This document shows positions 51,119 to 63,087 of a DNA stretch of 64,000 bases, one piece after another. Position 1 is the stretch's first letter, and each line of letters begins with the position of its first letter. Below the pieces are notes generated by a model, which did not search any database, was not told where the DNA came from, and saw nothing but the letters and a program-made list of their open reading frames with translations. A program made the position numbers and the translations under genes. Source of the DNA: Octopus vulgaris (lineage: Eukaryota); NCBI GenBank assembly GCA_951406725.2, contig OX597836.1, positions 31,000,001 through 31,064,000 on the forward strand, written 5' to 3'.

Positions 51119-52802
51119 TGCTTATCAACCCCACATCTATCCATATAGATGGATAAAAGGTATAGCTGGCCTGAGTAGGATTTGAACTTGAATGCAGAGA
51201 GCCAGAAACAAAATACAACGCCTGATGCTCTGCTGGCTCTGTCAATTCACCACCTAACAAATTCCATGAAAGGCGCCAAAACTACTGCCCTTCCTCTTTA
51301 AGAAAAAAAAAAATCCCCATAACAACTAATGACTTCATGACCTTACCAAAATGAATTCTGATTTGCTTTTACACCAAAGCTGTATTTACTATGCTCACCA
51401 AAATTAATCATTAAATGCTTTCATTATTGAGGACATAATTCTAATTAATTAAAATTTCTTTGCTTTCTGTATTATGCTAGTGTGCACTTTACTATTTCTA
51501 TTCCATGCAAAAAGCCTTCTTCAATATTTTTTCCCTTGCCATTCAATTAATTTGCTTTGCCACTCCTTGTTCATTCACTAAAGTCCTATTTTCACTTTAC
51601 TGCTGATTATTCTACAAAATCTTGCAGTTGTAGTTAAGCATTTTAGTCTACTGTATTTTTGCAGCATACAAGTCAATGTAGCATACAGTGTAAAAATGCA
51701 GTGTAAACGTTCAAACATTGTCACTATCTTTCCAAATCCTGTTGCAGTTCACATAGAATTTTTGGTCATCTTATTTCTTTATTGCCCACAAGGGGCTAAA
51801 CATAGAGGGGACAAACAAGGACATTAAGTCGATTACATCGACCCCAGTACATAACTGGTACTTAATTTATCGACCCTGAAAGGATGAAATGGTAAAGTCG
51901 ACCTTGGCAGAATTTGAACTCAGAACGTAACGGCAGACGAAATGCCTATTTCTTTACTACCCACAAGGGGCTAAACACAGAGAGGACAAACAAGGACAGA
52001 CAAATGGATTAGGTCGATTATATCGACCCCAGTGCGTAACTGGTACTTATTAAATCGACCCCGAAAGGATGAAAGGCAAAGTCGACCTCGACGGAATTTG
52101 AACTCAGAACGTTGCAGCAGACGAAATACCGCTAAGCATTTTGCCCGGTGTGCTAACATTTCTGCCAGCTTGCTGTCTTAAGTCATCTCCAAAGTCATCT
52201 TGATATATAAGTCAGCCTGTCTTTTTTTTTTTTGTCTGTAAATTTTGATTTGAAAAGTTCAACTTGTATGCCTGGAAATATGGTAAGTTCATATATAAGA
52301 CAGAGGGATGCAATTTGAAAGAGATTTAGCTAAAATTTCTAACAGGTCTAACAACTACGTAGAGGTTTCTTTCATCGGTTCATACATACACACATTATTT
52401 TCCAGCATACAAGTTAATGTAGTATATGTGGTGTAAATACTTAAACATTGCCACTATCTTTCCAAATCCTGTTGCATTTCACATGGAATTTTTGGTCTTC
52501 CAAAGTCTTCTTGGTGTATAAGTCAACCTGGTCTGTTTGGTTGTAAATTCTGGGTTGAAAAACCTGGCTTATATCTTTAAATGAACTTTACTGCTGCTGC
52601 TATCACTGCTGCAACAGACCATATAGCGATAGTCTTACTGTAGTGGGACTGAACCTGGAACCATGTGGTTGGTAAGCAAGCTACTTACACAGCCACTCCT
52701 GCACCTATGTATATATATATACATACATGTGACCGCGTGTGTATCGTTGGCAATTTTTTTTTTTCCTCCGTCTTCCCTTCTCTGGATCTTTCCTTTTCCT
52801 AT

Positions 52803-52837
52803 GTTTCTGACGAAGAGCTCCGCTCGAAATGTTAAAC
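52803..52837 (+). ncRNA. Minimal type I hammerhead ribozyme motif (Penelope-type)
   Basis: gttt-CTGACGA-a-gagc(tcc)gctc-GAAA-tg-TT-aaac. Stems I and II and the core are intact; tg is likely a decayed CpG of the palindromic stem III. Confidence 0.7.
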
Positions 52838-54189
52838 CATCCTTCTTCCCTTCCTTCCTGAGCGTCCAATAATACTATATTTGTTCCACGTCCTCGTGTT
52901 GTTGTGTTTTCTCTTTGTGTTTTCATGTTTGGATTAACTATATATCATTATCATCATCATTTTCATCATTGCTTTAATGTCCGTTCTTTACATGCATGTT
53001 ATGATCAAATACATTGCAGCCATGACCATCCCATCTTTTTTCTTTCGATATTAATGCAATGGATGCAATTGTGACCATGTGGTTAAGAAGCTTGCTTCCC
53101 AACCACATGGTTCCAGGTTCAGTCCCAATCTTGTGGTCTTGGTTCAATTCTACTGTGCAGCATCTTGGATAAGTGTCCTCTGCTATAGCCCTGGGCACAC
53201 CAAAGCTTTGTGAATAGATTTGGTAGAAGCAAGCTGAATGAAAACTGTTGCATATATGTGTGTGTATGTGTGTGCACGTATGTACATGTGTGCCTCTGTG
53301 TGTTTGTGTGTGTGTATCCTTGTCTTGACATCCTCTTATGATTGTAAATGAGCATCACTGTTATACAAGCAGTGTTGTTCATTTCCTGTCTTGGTGAAAT
53401 ATTTCCTTACTTGGAAAGAGGAGAGTCAATAGCAGGAAGGGCATCTAACCATAGAAAATCTGTCTCAGCCAACTCCATCTGACTTATGCAAGCACGGAAA
53501 AGTGAACATTGAATGATGATGATGTCGATGACATGTGTATGTATGTATGTATGTATATATGGAAAAAACTTTTCATACAGATGTTTTTATCTAAAGAAAT
53601 TCAAATTCATCATCATCATCATCATCGTTTAGCATCCGCTTTCCATGCTAGCATGGGTTGGACGGTTCAACTGGGGTCTGGGAAGCCAGAAGGCTGCACC
53701 AGGCCCAGTTTGATCTGGCAATGTTTCTACGGCTGGATGCCCTTCCTAACGCCAACCACTCCATGAGTGTAGTGGGTGCTTTTTACGTGCCAGACGAGTC
53801 TGGCAAACGGCCACGATCGGATGGTGCTTTTTATGTGCCACCGGCACGGGGGCCAGACAAGGCTGGCAACGGCCACGAACATAGAAATTCCTATCTACAG
53901 CTGTTTCCATACACAATTCCTTAATTTCAGAAATAAAATTCTGTATACAAAACCAGTGAATTGTGTATATCCTCAGGGAGGATTTCTAAATGAAATTTAA
54001 TAATGTGTAGGCTAACTTACTTCAATTCTTTGACTTAAATATATATATATATATATAAAATGTTTTTATTTTTTCATTTCGTTCCTGTCAGATTTTATCC
54101 CTAATTTTGTGGTTATATAACCTAGCTGTTCTTTCTAGGGTGCTGAATCCCATGTGTGGATTCCTTATGTGTTTAAATGTACACTGTAT

Positions 54190-54225
<36 letters not shown>

Positions 54226-54468
54226 TACATATATGTATAAATATACATATATACACATGTATTATATATATATGTACAAGTGTATATATATATATATATA
54301 TATTTATACATATGTATATACATATATATATTTATACATATGCATATATATATACACTTGTATATATATATATATGCATACATAGATATATATACGTGTG
54401 CGTGTGTGTGTATTTATAGCCTGTTTTTTCTTACAAATAAGTAAACATTGTTTGTGTTGTAATTTCAG

Positions 54469-54596
54469 TCTGAATTTGAAAATCTGGCACTGAAAGATGA
54501 TTTATCATCTGTTGAAGAAGAACTCGAAGCCAACAGAGCCGTTGTGTCTTTTCTGCAGAAGGAAATTGATCAACTCCAGCGCCAGATGCATACAAG
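54469..54596 (+). CDS. Internal coding exon encoding a coiled coil (SEFENLALKDDLSSVEEELEANRAVVSFLQKEIDQLQRQMHT); probably the same gene as 13181-13602, tentatively TBC1D2/TBC1D2B-like Rab-GAP
   Basis: Acceptor aatttcag|TCT at 54468/54469, 128-nt open frame with a heptad pattern, donor AG|GTTAGC at 54596/54597. Its phase-0 start matches the phase-0 donor at 13602. The family assignment is recalled resemblance only (low confidence). Confidence 0.8.
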
Positions 54597-55399
54597 GTTA
54601 GCCAGAAAATATTATCTTGTCTTATTTGTATTTTAAAAGATGATATTATTTCTACAGTATTGATCCACTGCTATCTTGTATTCTGTTAAAGAAAAACCAA
54701 AAAACCAAAATCTGACGGTTGTATTATTTATTTTCAATTGTTTTTTTCTGGCATTGATGTGTTGCTAACTAAATTCTTTTACTCCTTTTGGTTATCCAAT
54801 TACTGATAGTGTTTCATTGTCTGTTACGCTTTTATTCTGTTTGATACTTCTGTAGCTACTCCGTCACTGTATGACTCTGAAAGGGCCGTGAAAACAAAAT
54901 CATTTACTCTTGAAATATTTGATAAAATGTCACTGGTTCGTGGTGTTTCAAAATCAGGGTTTAGAATGTAACTGCTTACTGCAAACAAAAAGTAAGGTAT
55001 ATCTCCCTAAGGAATATTTGGAAAATTGCATTTTTATTATTTAATAACAGTTTAATTCATCTCCATGTACCTTAAAATTTTGTAGGCTCATAAAATGAGC
55101 CTAGCTCTTCAGGCTTAGATAACCGAATGGAGAAAGTTCAAGATAGCTATTTGAGATTGGGCTGCTACTAGTCAAGGCAGGTTACATGTTGTTGTTGATA
55201 TTGTTATTGCTACAGTGGTGACATCAGATAGAGATAGTAGAAATCACAATCTGTATTTCAACGGTGTAATTGAACAGAATGTTTGTGGCACCTTGGTGTC
55301 TGGCAAATAAAGAGAAAATTATAAGCAACACCAGATACCAGACTGCTGGTGTCTGGATATTCCTACTGCATGAGTTTGGAAGTGTGCATATCTGGTGTA

Positions 55400-55830
55400 T
55401 TTGTGAAAATTGTTTTTTTTAATTTAATTATTAGAAAAGGACCATATGTCCCTTTTGTTGTTTGGTTTGTGCCTCTAGCTCTACAATTGAAGTTACTAAG
55501 CACTAACTTGCATTGGGTTGTACATTCTTCACCAGGAAAAGACTTTGTCTTTACAAGCATTTGTTTGTTCTGTTTTCTGGTGAGAATGTGAGTCCATCCA
55601 TCTTGTCACTGGAAGATGATCAGGTTTCTGGTTGGTCTCCTGAAGTTAGTGTTGCAGGTCATCAAGGCATTTGCATCACAGAGCTCTTTCTGCCTTATTC
55701 TCTCCTCATTTCTGGAACCAAAAGTCATAACCTCCATGTATTCCCAGCAACCCATTGAGATGTTGTCCAACATGTCCATTGGATTCTCTAGCCATGAGAG
55801 TAAGATCATTGCCAGTCACCCTGTTCAGTT
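55400..55830 (-). mobile_element. Degraded RTE-clade LINE endonuclease fragment
   Basis: FGSRNEE..R.KELCDANALMTCNTNFRRP.RNLI...HILTRK matches the G.RN..G....C....L...NT.F...IDY pattern of APE endonucleases. Confidence 0.75.
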
Positions 55831-56654
55831 CTCTCTCTTTCATATACACACACACATGCGCGAAACATACATAATCCCGTTCATTTATTTATTTAGGCAG
55901 TGTATTTGCTAGACAAGTGATTTGATCCAAGACCATGTGTTGAAACTAAAATGATTGCAGTGTGGAAGACATATTAGTCACTCAAAAACACACGTATAAA
56001 ACTGAACTTAACTTAAACATTTATACCGGTGGCACGTAAAAAGCACCAACTGATTGTGGCTGCTGCCAGCCTCCCCTGGCACCTGTGCCGGTGGCATGTA
56101 AAAAGCACCCACTACACTCACGAAGTGGTTGGCATTAGGAAGGGCATCCAGCTGTAGAAACACTGCCAGATTAGACTGGAGCCTGGTGCTGCCTCCTGGC
56201 TTCCCAGACCCCAGCCGAACCGTCCAACCCATGCTAGCATGGAAAACGGACGTTAAATGATAATGATGATGATGATGTATCAAAATTTTTGTCACATGAA
56301 CTGTAACCTGGTCACTGACATGATTCCTGCAACGGGAGTAATAAATGCTTAAGTGGAGTTAACATTTCTTTGCTTGTTTTGGAATGGCTAATATATATCT
56401 TCCACGCTGCTATCGTATATACAAATACATACACATGTGTGTGTGCATGTGTGCATGCATGCATGAGTAAGAGAGTTGCTAATAAACAGATGTGTCAAAG
56501 AAACATACCTTGTGGTATTTATTCCACTCAGTTTGCACAGACACTCACTTGTTAATTACAACATGAGAAATACAGTGACCAAGTCATTGGCTCATTTGAC
56601 ACCTATCACTAAATGCTTGATATGAAATGAAAATTAAGGTTTTTGAACACATAC

Positions 56655-57790
56655 ACCCCATATTATCTGGTATACAAGTCCATGTAGTATGTAGTGTAAG
56701 CTTGTAGTGTAAACATTCAAAAATCATCATTATCTTTACAAATCCTGCTACATGTTTGTTTTGTTTGTTTGTTCCTGCTCGAGCCATGCCTGGCTCATAA
56801 GGGCCGGTTTCCTTGGCGTGTAGGTTCCCCACCTGGATGGGACGCCGGTCCATCGCATGTGAGCTGCAAGATGCAGGAGGAAAGAGTGAGAGAAAGATGT
56901 GGCAAAAGAGTCAGCAGAAGTTCACCATTACCTTCTGCCGGAGCCGCATGGAGCTTAGGTGTTTCGCTCAAAAACACACACATCGCCTGGTCTGAGATTC
57001 AAACCTGCGATCCCTCAACCGCGAGTCCACTGCTCTAACCACTAGGCCATGCTACATGGAAGTTTTGGTCCTCCAAAGTTGCCTGGGTGCATAAATATAC
57101 CTACCTTTCTTGGTTGTAACTTTAGGTTTGCAAATTTCAAATTGTATATTGGAAAATACAGTATGTACATATATAAGACAGAAGGGTATGATCTAAAACA
57201 GTTTTAGCTGCTATTTCTAACAGTTCTTGCAACCAGTTAGAGATTTCTTTTATTGGCTCATATATACAGACATTATTTTTTGGCATACAACACAATATAG
57301 TATATAGTGTAAACATGTAATGTAAAAATTCAGACATCATCACTATCTTTCCAAATCCCATTGCATTTCACATGGAATTTTTGATTCTTCAATGTTGTCT
57401 TGGTGTTTAAGTCAACCTGCCATTCTTTTGGCTTTAAATTTTGCTCTGAAAGATTGGACTTGTAGGCTACAAAATATGGTATGTACATATATAAGACAGC
57501 AGGCTGCAATTTGAAATGAATTTTTTTTGCTATTTCTAGCAGGTCTAACAATCATACAGAAGTTTCCTTCATTGGCTCATACAAACATACATACAGTATT
57601 TCCTGACATACAAGCTGATGTAGTATCTAGTGTAAACATTCAAATGATGTCATTATCTTTACAAATCCTGCTGCATTTCACATGGGATTTTCGGTCCTCC
57701 AAAACCATCTTTGTGTATAAGTCAACTAACCATTTTAGGCTGCAAATTTTGGTCTGAAAACTTTGACTTGTATGCCAGGAAATACAGTAG
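56655..57790. repeat. Degenerate ~300-bp tandem units containing a pogo/Tc2-like MITE; also at ~51648-52575
   Basis: Recurrent tatttt..ggcatacaag...cactatctttccaaatcc...cttgtatgcc.ggaaata.ggta with inverted termini. Confidence 0.65.
56755..57049 (-). mobile_element. SINE family D with V-domain-like segment and (CAAA)n tail
   Basis: Same head and body as 41323 and 60773, then tgcgatggaccggcgtcccatccaggtgggg. 9-bp TSD tgctacatg (56746-56754 / 57050-57058). Confidence 0.85.
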
Positions 57791-59279
57791 ATTTTAAACA
57801 CAAAGTTGAGACAACAACAAAAAAAAAAGGTAACAAGCTTACAGACCAATACTCTTACAACGCATATCTATCAATTGCCAGGTGATTGTCTCTCCAATTA
57901 CACATCTGAGTGCTAACCATTCGTTTGTCCCAAATTACTGTAGACACTATAAATTATTCCTACTATATTCCGTTATCTCCACAAGAAATATCAGCTATCA
58001 CTGACACTTAGAACTAAGTAAAATAGACTAGTTAAAATAGCAGAATCAATTTATAGTATCTAATTTGGGAAGAATGAATAATAGCTAGTGCTTTGAAGTG
58101 TAAACAGTAATGCAATCACTCAACCAGCAATAAATATATGGTTTGACCCCTCCACTGTGATCCTATTGGTCCTTTGCATCTCGTATCATTTGCTTTGAGT
58201 TGATTTTAGTAGTTTGAATATTCATACTTATTCTAAAGAACAAGATGAGGCATGACTATGTGATAAGACATTTGCTTCCCTTTAAGGCGGTGAGCTGGCA
58301 GAAACGTTAGCACGCCGGGCGAAAGGCTTAGCAGTTTTTCGTCTGTCTTTACGTTCTGAGTTCAAATTCCGCTGAGGTCGACTTTGCCTTTCATCCTTTT
58401 GGGATCGATAAATTAAGTACCAGTTATGCACTTGGGTCGATGTAATCGACTTAATCCTCTTGTCTGTCCTTTTTTGTCCCCTCTTTGTTTAGCCCCTTGT
58501 GTGCAATAAAGAAATAAGAAGTTTGCTTCCCTGTTGTATGTTCTGGGTTTAGTTCCACTGCATGGTACCTTGGGCAAGTGTTTTCTGTGACAGTCCTGGG
58601 CCAACCAAAGCATTATGAGTGAATTTGGGAGATGGAGACTGAAAGAAGCTCATTGTATCTCAAAGTGTATGTGTACATATGAATGTGTGTACATATGTGC
58701 GTGTGCACTTTTGTTTCCTTGTCTTCATATCATGTGATAGATGTAAATGGTTGCCACTGTCATCCAAGCAGTGTCATTCATTTTCAATATTCTGTGAGAA
58801 CATGTCCGTCCACGGAGAAATATTGCCTTGCTTTGAAACAACTGAAGGTTGGCAGCAGGAAGAGCATCTGACTGCAGAAAATCTAATTCAAATAAACTCC
58901 ATCCAACCCATGCAAGCATTGGAAAAGTGAACTTCAGAATGACGATGATGACGAAATAGCTATACAGTTACCACACCTGTTACAGAAACATTGCATGTCT
59001 AACAATTTGGCTTTATCATGAAAATCCATAGCATAAACCCTATTCTACCTTTGATGTTACACTGGAGATGCTTGTATTACATTCGAAATAACTCAGCCTA
59101 AAATATGTCATTTTATATATTATAATATTGTGGTCATGGCTGAATGCCTTTCCTATTGCCAGTCCTTTGGCCGCATCTTACAACATGCAGGGATTCAGAG
59201 TACCTTTTATAAAACCAGGACACATATGGAATATCTGAGATATATATGGAAATATATATATATATATATACATACATAT

Positions 59280-59341
<62 letters not shown>

Positions 59342-59351
<10 letters not shown>

Positions 59352-59526
59352 TACATTAGAGACAAAACCACTATTATGCAAATCAAAGAAAGACTTAAGC
59401 CAATACATAAAATAATTTATATAAATTAAATTTAATTAATTTATATAAATTATTTTATGTATTGGCTTAAGTCTTTCTTTGTTTGATTTGCATAATAGTG
59501 GTTTTGTCTCTAATGTAATATAATAT
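59342..59526. repeat. Near-perfect ~185-bp palindrome (fold-back), probably an inverted Penelope pseudo-LTR
   Basis: ~85-bp arms, complementary except for a 4-nt insertion in the right arm. Lies between (TA)n tracts. Confidence 0.9.
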
Positions 59527-59605
59527 AATATTTTACTATAAAATTGGATTCAATCCTAAATCTGATTTTTCCCCTGTAAATTTGGATTTATTCCCTAATA
59601 TTTAT

Positions 59606-59607
<2 letters not shown>

Positions 59608-59651
<44 letters not shown>

Positions 59652-59884
59652 ATATATATGTATATATATGTATGTATATATATATATATGTATGTATATG
59701 TATGTATATATATATATATGTATGTATATATATATATATGTATGTATATATATGTATATATATATATATGTATGTATATATATATATATGTATATATATG
59801 TATATATATATATGTATATATATATGTATGTATATATATGTATATATATGTATATATATGTATATATATATATGTATATATATG

Positions 59885-59939
<55 letters not shown>

Positions 59940-60060
59940 GTATATATATATATGTATATATATGTATACATATATATGTATATATATATATGTATATATA
60001 TGTATATATATATATGTGTATATATATATGTATGTATATATATATATATATATATATATC
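59608..60060. repeat. (TA)n/(TATG)n microsatellite
   Basis: Directly visible. Confidence 0.97.
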
Positions 60061-60392
60061 ATCATCATTGTTTAACATCTGCTTTCCATGCTGGCATATA
60101 TTTTCCGTTGGTCAAACTGCTGAACACTTATTATCAGGACTAACAGAGATCCATTTACTTTCTCTCTCTTTCTCTCAAAAGATATTTATTTTAAACCAAC
60201 AGTTGCGTTGAGCAACATTTTAATTACTGCTCTTAAAATTATGTTCCACTTTGTTTACACATTCAATTATTGCATGCATTCATTATATCCTTCCAGTCGT
60301 CATACTTTACAATGATCATCTTATGTCTAAGCTTCAATCAAATGAATTTCAGTAAAATAAAAGATCCTGTTTGTAATGAATTCATGAATAGT

Positions 60393-60773
60393 GGAAGCAC
60401 TCCGTCGGTTACGACGATGAGGGTTCCGGTTGATCCGATCAACGGAACAGCCTGCTCGTGAAATTAACGTGTAAGTGGCTGAGCACTCCACAGACACGTG
60501 TACCCTTAACGTAGTTCTCGGGGATATTCAGCGTGACACAGAGAGTGACAAGGCCGGCCCCTTTGAAATACAGGTTCAACAGAAACAGGAAGTAAGAGTG
60601 AGAGAAAGTTGTGGTGAAAGAGTACAGCAGGGATCACCACCATCCCTGCCGGAGCCTCGTGGAGCTTTAGGTGTTTTCGCTCAATAAACACTCACAACGC
60701 CCGGTCTGGGAATCGAAACCACGATCCTACGACCACGAGTCCGCTGCCTTAACCACTGGGCCATTGCGCCTCC
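60393..60773 (-). mobile_element. SINE family D with RTE-type tail
   Basis: tRNA head gaggcgcaatggcccagtggttaag...gtttcgattccc. 11-bp TSD tcatgaatagt (60382-60392 / 60774-60784). Confidence 0.9.
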
Positions 60774-61565
60774 TCATGAATAGTAATATATTACTGTCAT
60801 GTTTCCTCCCTACAATAATTAACTCAATCATACAAATGGTTGTGTCATCACTAATCTCTACCCTCCTCTCTAATAATATAAGTTTTTTCCTGGCTATTGT
60901 TTATCAATGTTGTTGTTATTGCTGTTTATTTAGCTATCCCAGACTCCCAGGTCTGCCTCGATCAGGCAGATTCATGGTCAAAGGCATTCTAGCTGTCCAT
61001 TTCCTCTTTTGTCATTAAATTTCTATAAAAATGTATTGACTGTGATTCAATTAATTCTGAAAATAAAGTGATTAGTAAAAACCAAACAAATTGTCTTTAT
61101 TAAACTGGTGTTTGGGACAAAGAAATACGAAATTGTGACAGAAGGCTTTCATTTAAATTAATCACAATAAAAAGAGACATTTGCATCACAAGGCGAAGGA
61201 CAAAGGGATTCAGGTATGGGCACATTCAACAGTTGCCCGGGGGCTTCTCAGGTTTAGAGGCCCAATTCTGATTTATGTATGCTGTGGCTTGTTATCAATA
61301 AATAAATACTATAGGACCCAGTGCATTCATTTCTCTAGGGATCTGTATAATGCTGTTAAAATGGCCCTGTGTGGAAACCCTTAAGATGGATCCCTCTGGT
61401 GTTTCTCAAATGTTCAGTCATGTTTCACTTTATCACATTGATTCTTCCTAAGAATTGTGAAGGAACATGGTTTGGTGCCTACGGTATTTAGCTCATGATT
61501 GAAAGGTTGGGAGTTCAGTTCTTGGTGGTGTGTTGTGTCCATGTTTTGAAAGATGATAGAATTTT

Positions 61566-61821
61566 AACAACTGAAGTGTGGAAAATGCTTGTAAGCCATT
61601 TTAGAACACACAAAAACCGTTAATTTTATTTCAACATTTAAATTTAATTTGTGTCAAAATATTTTCGTCACTTTGAAACCTCAACCTGTTCACTGACAAA
61701 ACTTTGTGCTGTCACGCGATGAAAATATTTTGACATAAATTAAATTTAAATGTTGAAGTGAAACTAATGGTTTTTGTGTGTTATTAAATGGCTTACGAAC
61801 ATCTTCCATGCTGCAACTGTT
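61566..61821. mobile_element. Fold-back element with ~105-bp imperfect inverted arms
   Basis: 61566-61671 is the reverse complement of 61716-61821 (e.g. ttcaacatttaaatttaattt / aaattaaatttaaatgttgaa). Confidence 0.8.
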
Positions 61822-62631
61822 TTTGTTTTAGCACATGATCTCAGTACTTGCTATGCAAGTACATCTCCAATAGAATTTTAATTTGAGAGAAATTTTACTG
61901 CTATTTCTCAAGACTTGGGCAACTGAGTCTCCCTTGGATCATCTTTATGTTGAGCATCAATTTGTATACAAATATTTTGTTTTTCTTCTGCTGAATGCTA
62001 TGCTTCAGAATGAATTATGAACTACATCTCATTACTACTATGAAGTTCCTTCCTCTACAGAAAGGGGATAGTTGTTCCTAGCACTTACATGTTTAGTTGA
62101 GTTGATTTATTCAACAAAATATAGTCTTTTATCTAGATACACATTCTATAGATGGAGGCAAAAGAAATATATTTGTATCTACATCACAGAACAACCTGTA
62201 CAAATACATCTCTATACATTATTGTGTTAAACTCAGCAAGGAATTTCTTTCTTTCATATTGCTAATTGCTTTATTGTTACAATTCTTTAAATAGTTCAAT
62301 AAATTCTACAGATGGACAATAAATTTATCCACTTTCACATTAATATTTTAAAAAATTTTGTGCTTAATATTAAACATTTTGCCCGGCGTGCTAACGTTTC
62401 TGCTAGCTCACCGCCTTATTTTAGCATAGTTTCTATGGCTGAATGCTCTTCCTAGTACCAAACATTCTACAGAATATATTGTATGCATTTTATCACAGTA
62501 TTTCTCAAGCAGGATTGTCTTGCCCTTGGTAACCAATTCTTTGAGTATACAGAGTTCATTTTATCATATCATGGCGCCAGTAAGACTTGAGTCTTCACTA
62601 TTCTATAATGTGTCCATTCATTTGAGGCTAT

Positions 62632-62681
<50 letters not shown>

Positions 62682-62699
62682 TATTATGATAATAATAAT

Positions 62700-63022
62700 A
62701 ATTTATATATTTGTTGTGCAAGATTTTTTATGTGAAGTCGTGTGTTGAAACAGACATTGTTGTATTTCGGAATGGTCATTTTGCCAGTTTAGCCAATAGA
62801 AATACAAAATGGCTGACGGTTAGTAAGGAGAGACACAAATAAGAAAGAAGAAAACAAAGGACCACTGATGCGGTCACAGGAGTGTGACGAAAGAACTCTG
62901 GCCGAAATAAGATTAAGATTAATGTAAAATATAAAAAACGCTGAAGCAAAGTAACACCAAATATATAGTGCGTGTGTTTTTATTGGCTAAACTGGTACAA
63001 TGACCATTCCGAAATACAACAA
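62700..63022. mobile_element. Penelope-like inverted pseudo-LTR with degenerate hammerhead motif and ORF start
   Basis: Inverted arms ~62757-62805 and 62974-63022. Hammerhead-like cca-CTGATGc-g-gtcaca(ggag)tgtgac-GAAA-gaac-TC-tgg at 62862-62901. MTIPKYNN at 63000(+) and MTIPKYNNVCFNTRLHIKNLAQQI on -. Confidence 0.72.
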
Positions 63023-63035
63023 CAACAACAACAAC

Positions 63036-63087
<52 letters not shown>

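Noticed and set aside
60393-60575. Structured-looking GC-rich segment as a stand-alone ribozyme or ncRNA gene
   Set aside because: It lies within a TSD-bounded SINE as its tail, and no hammerhead, twister or HDV core was recognised.
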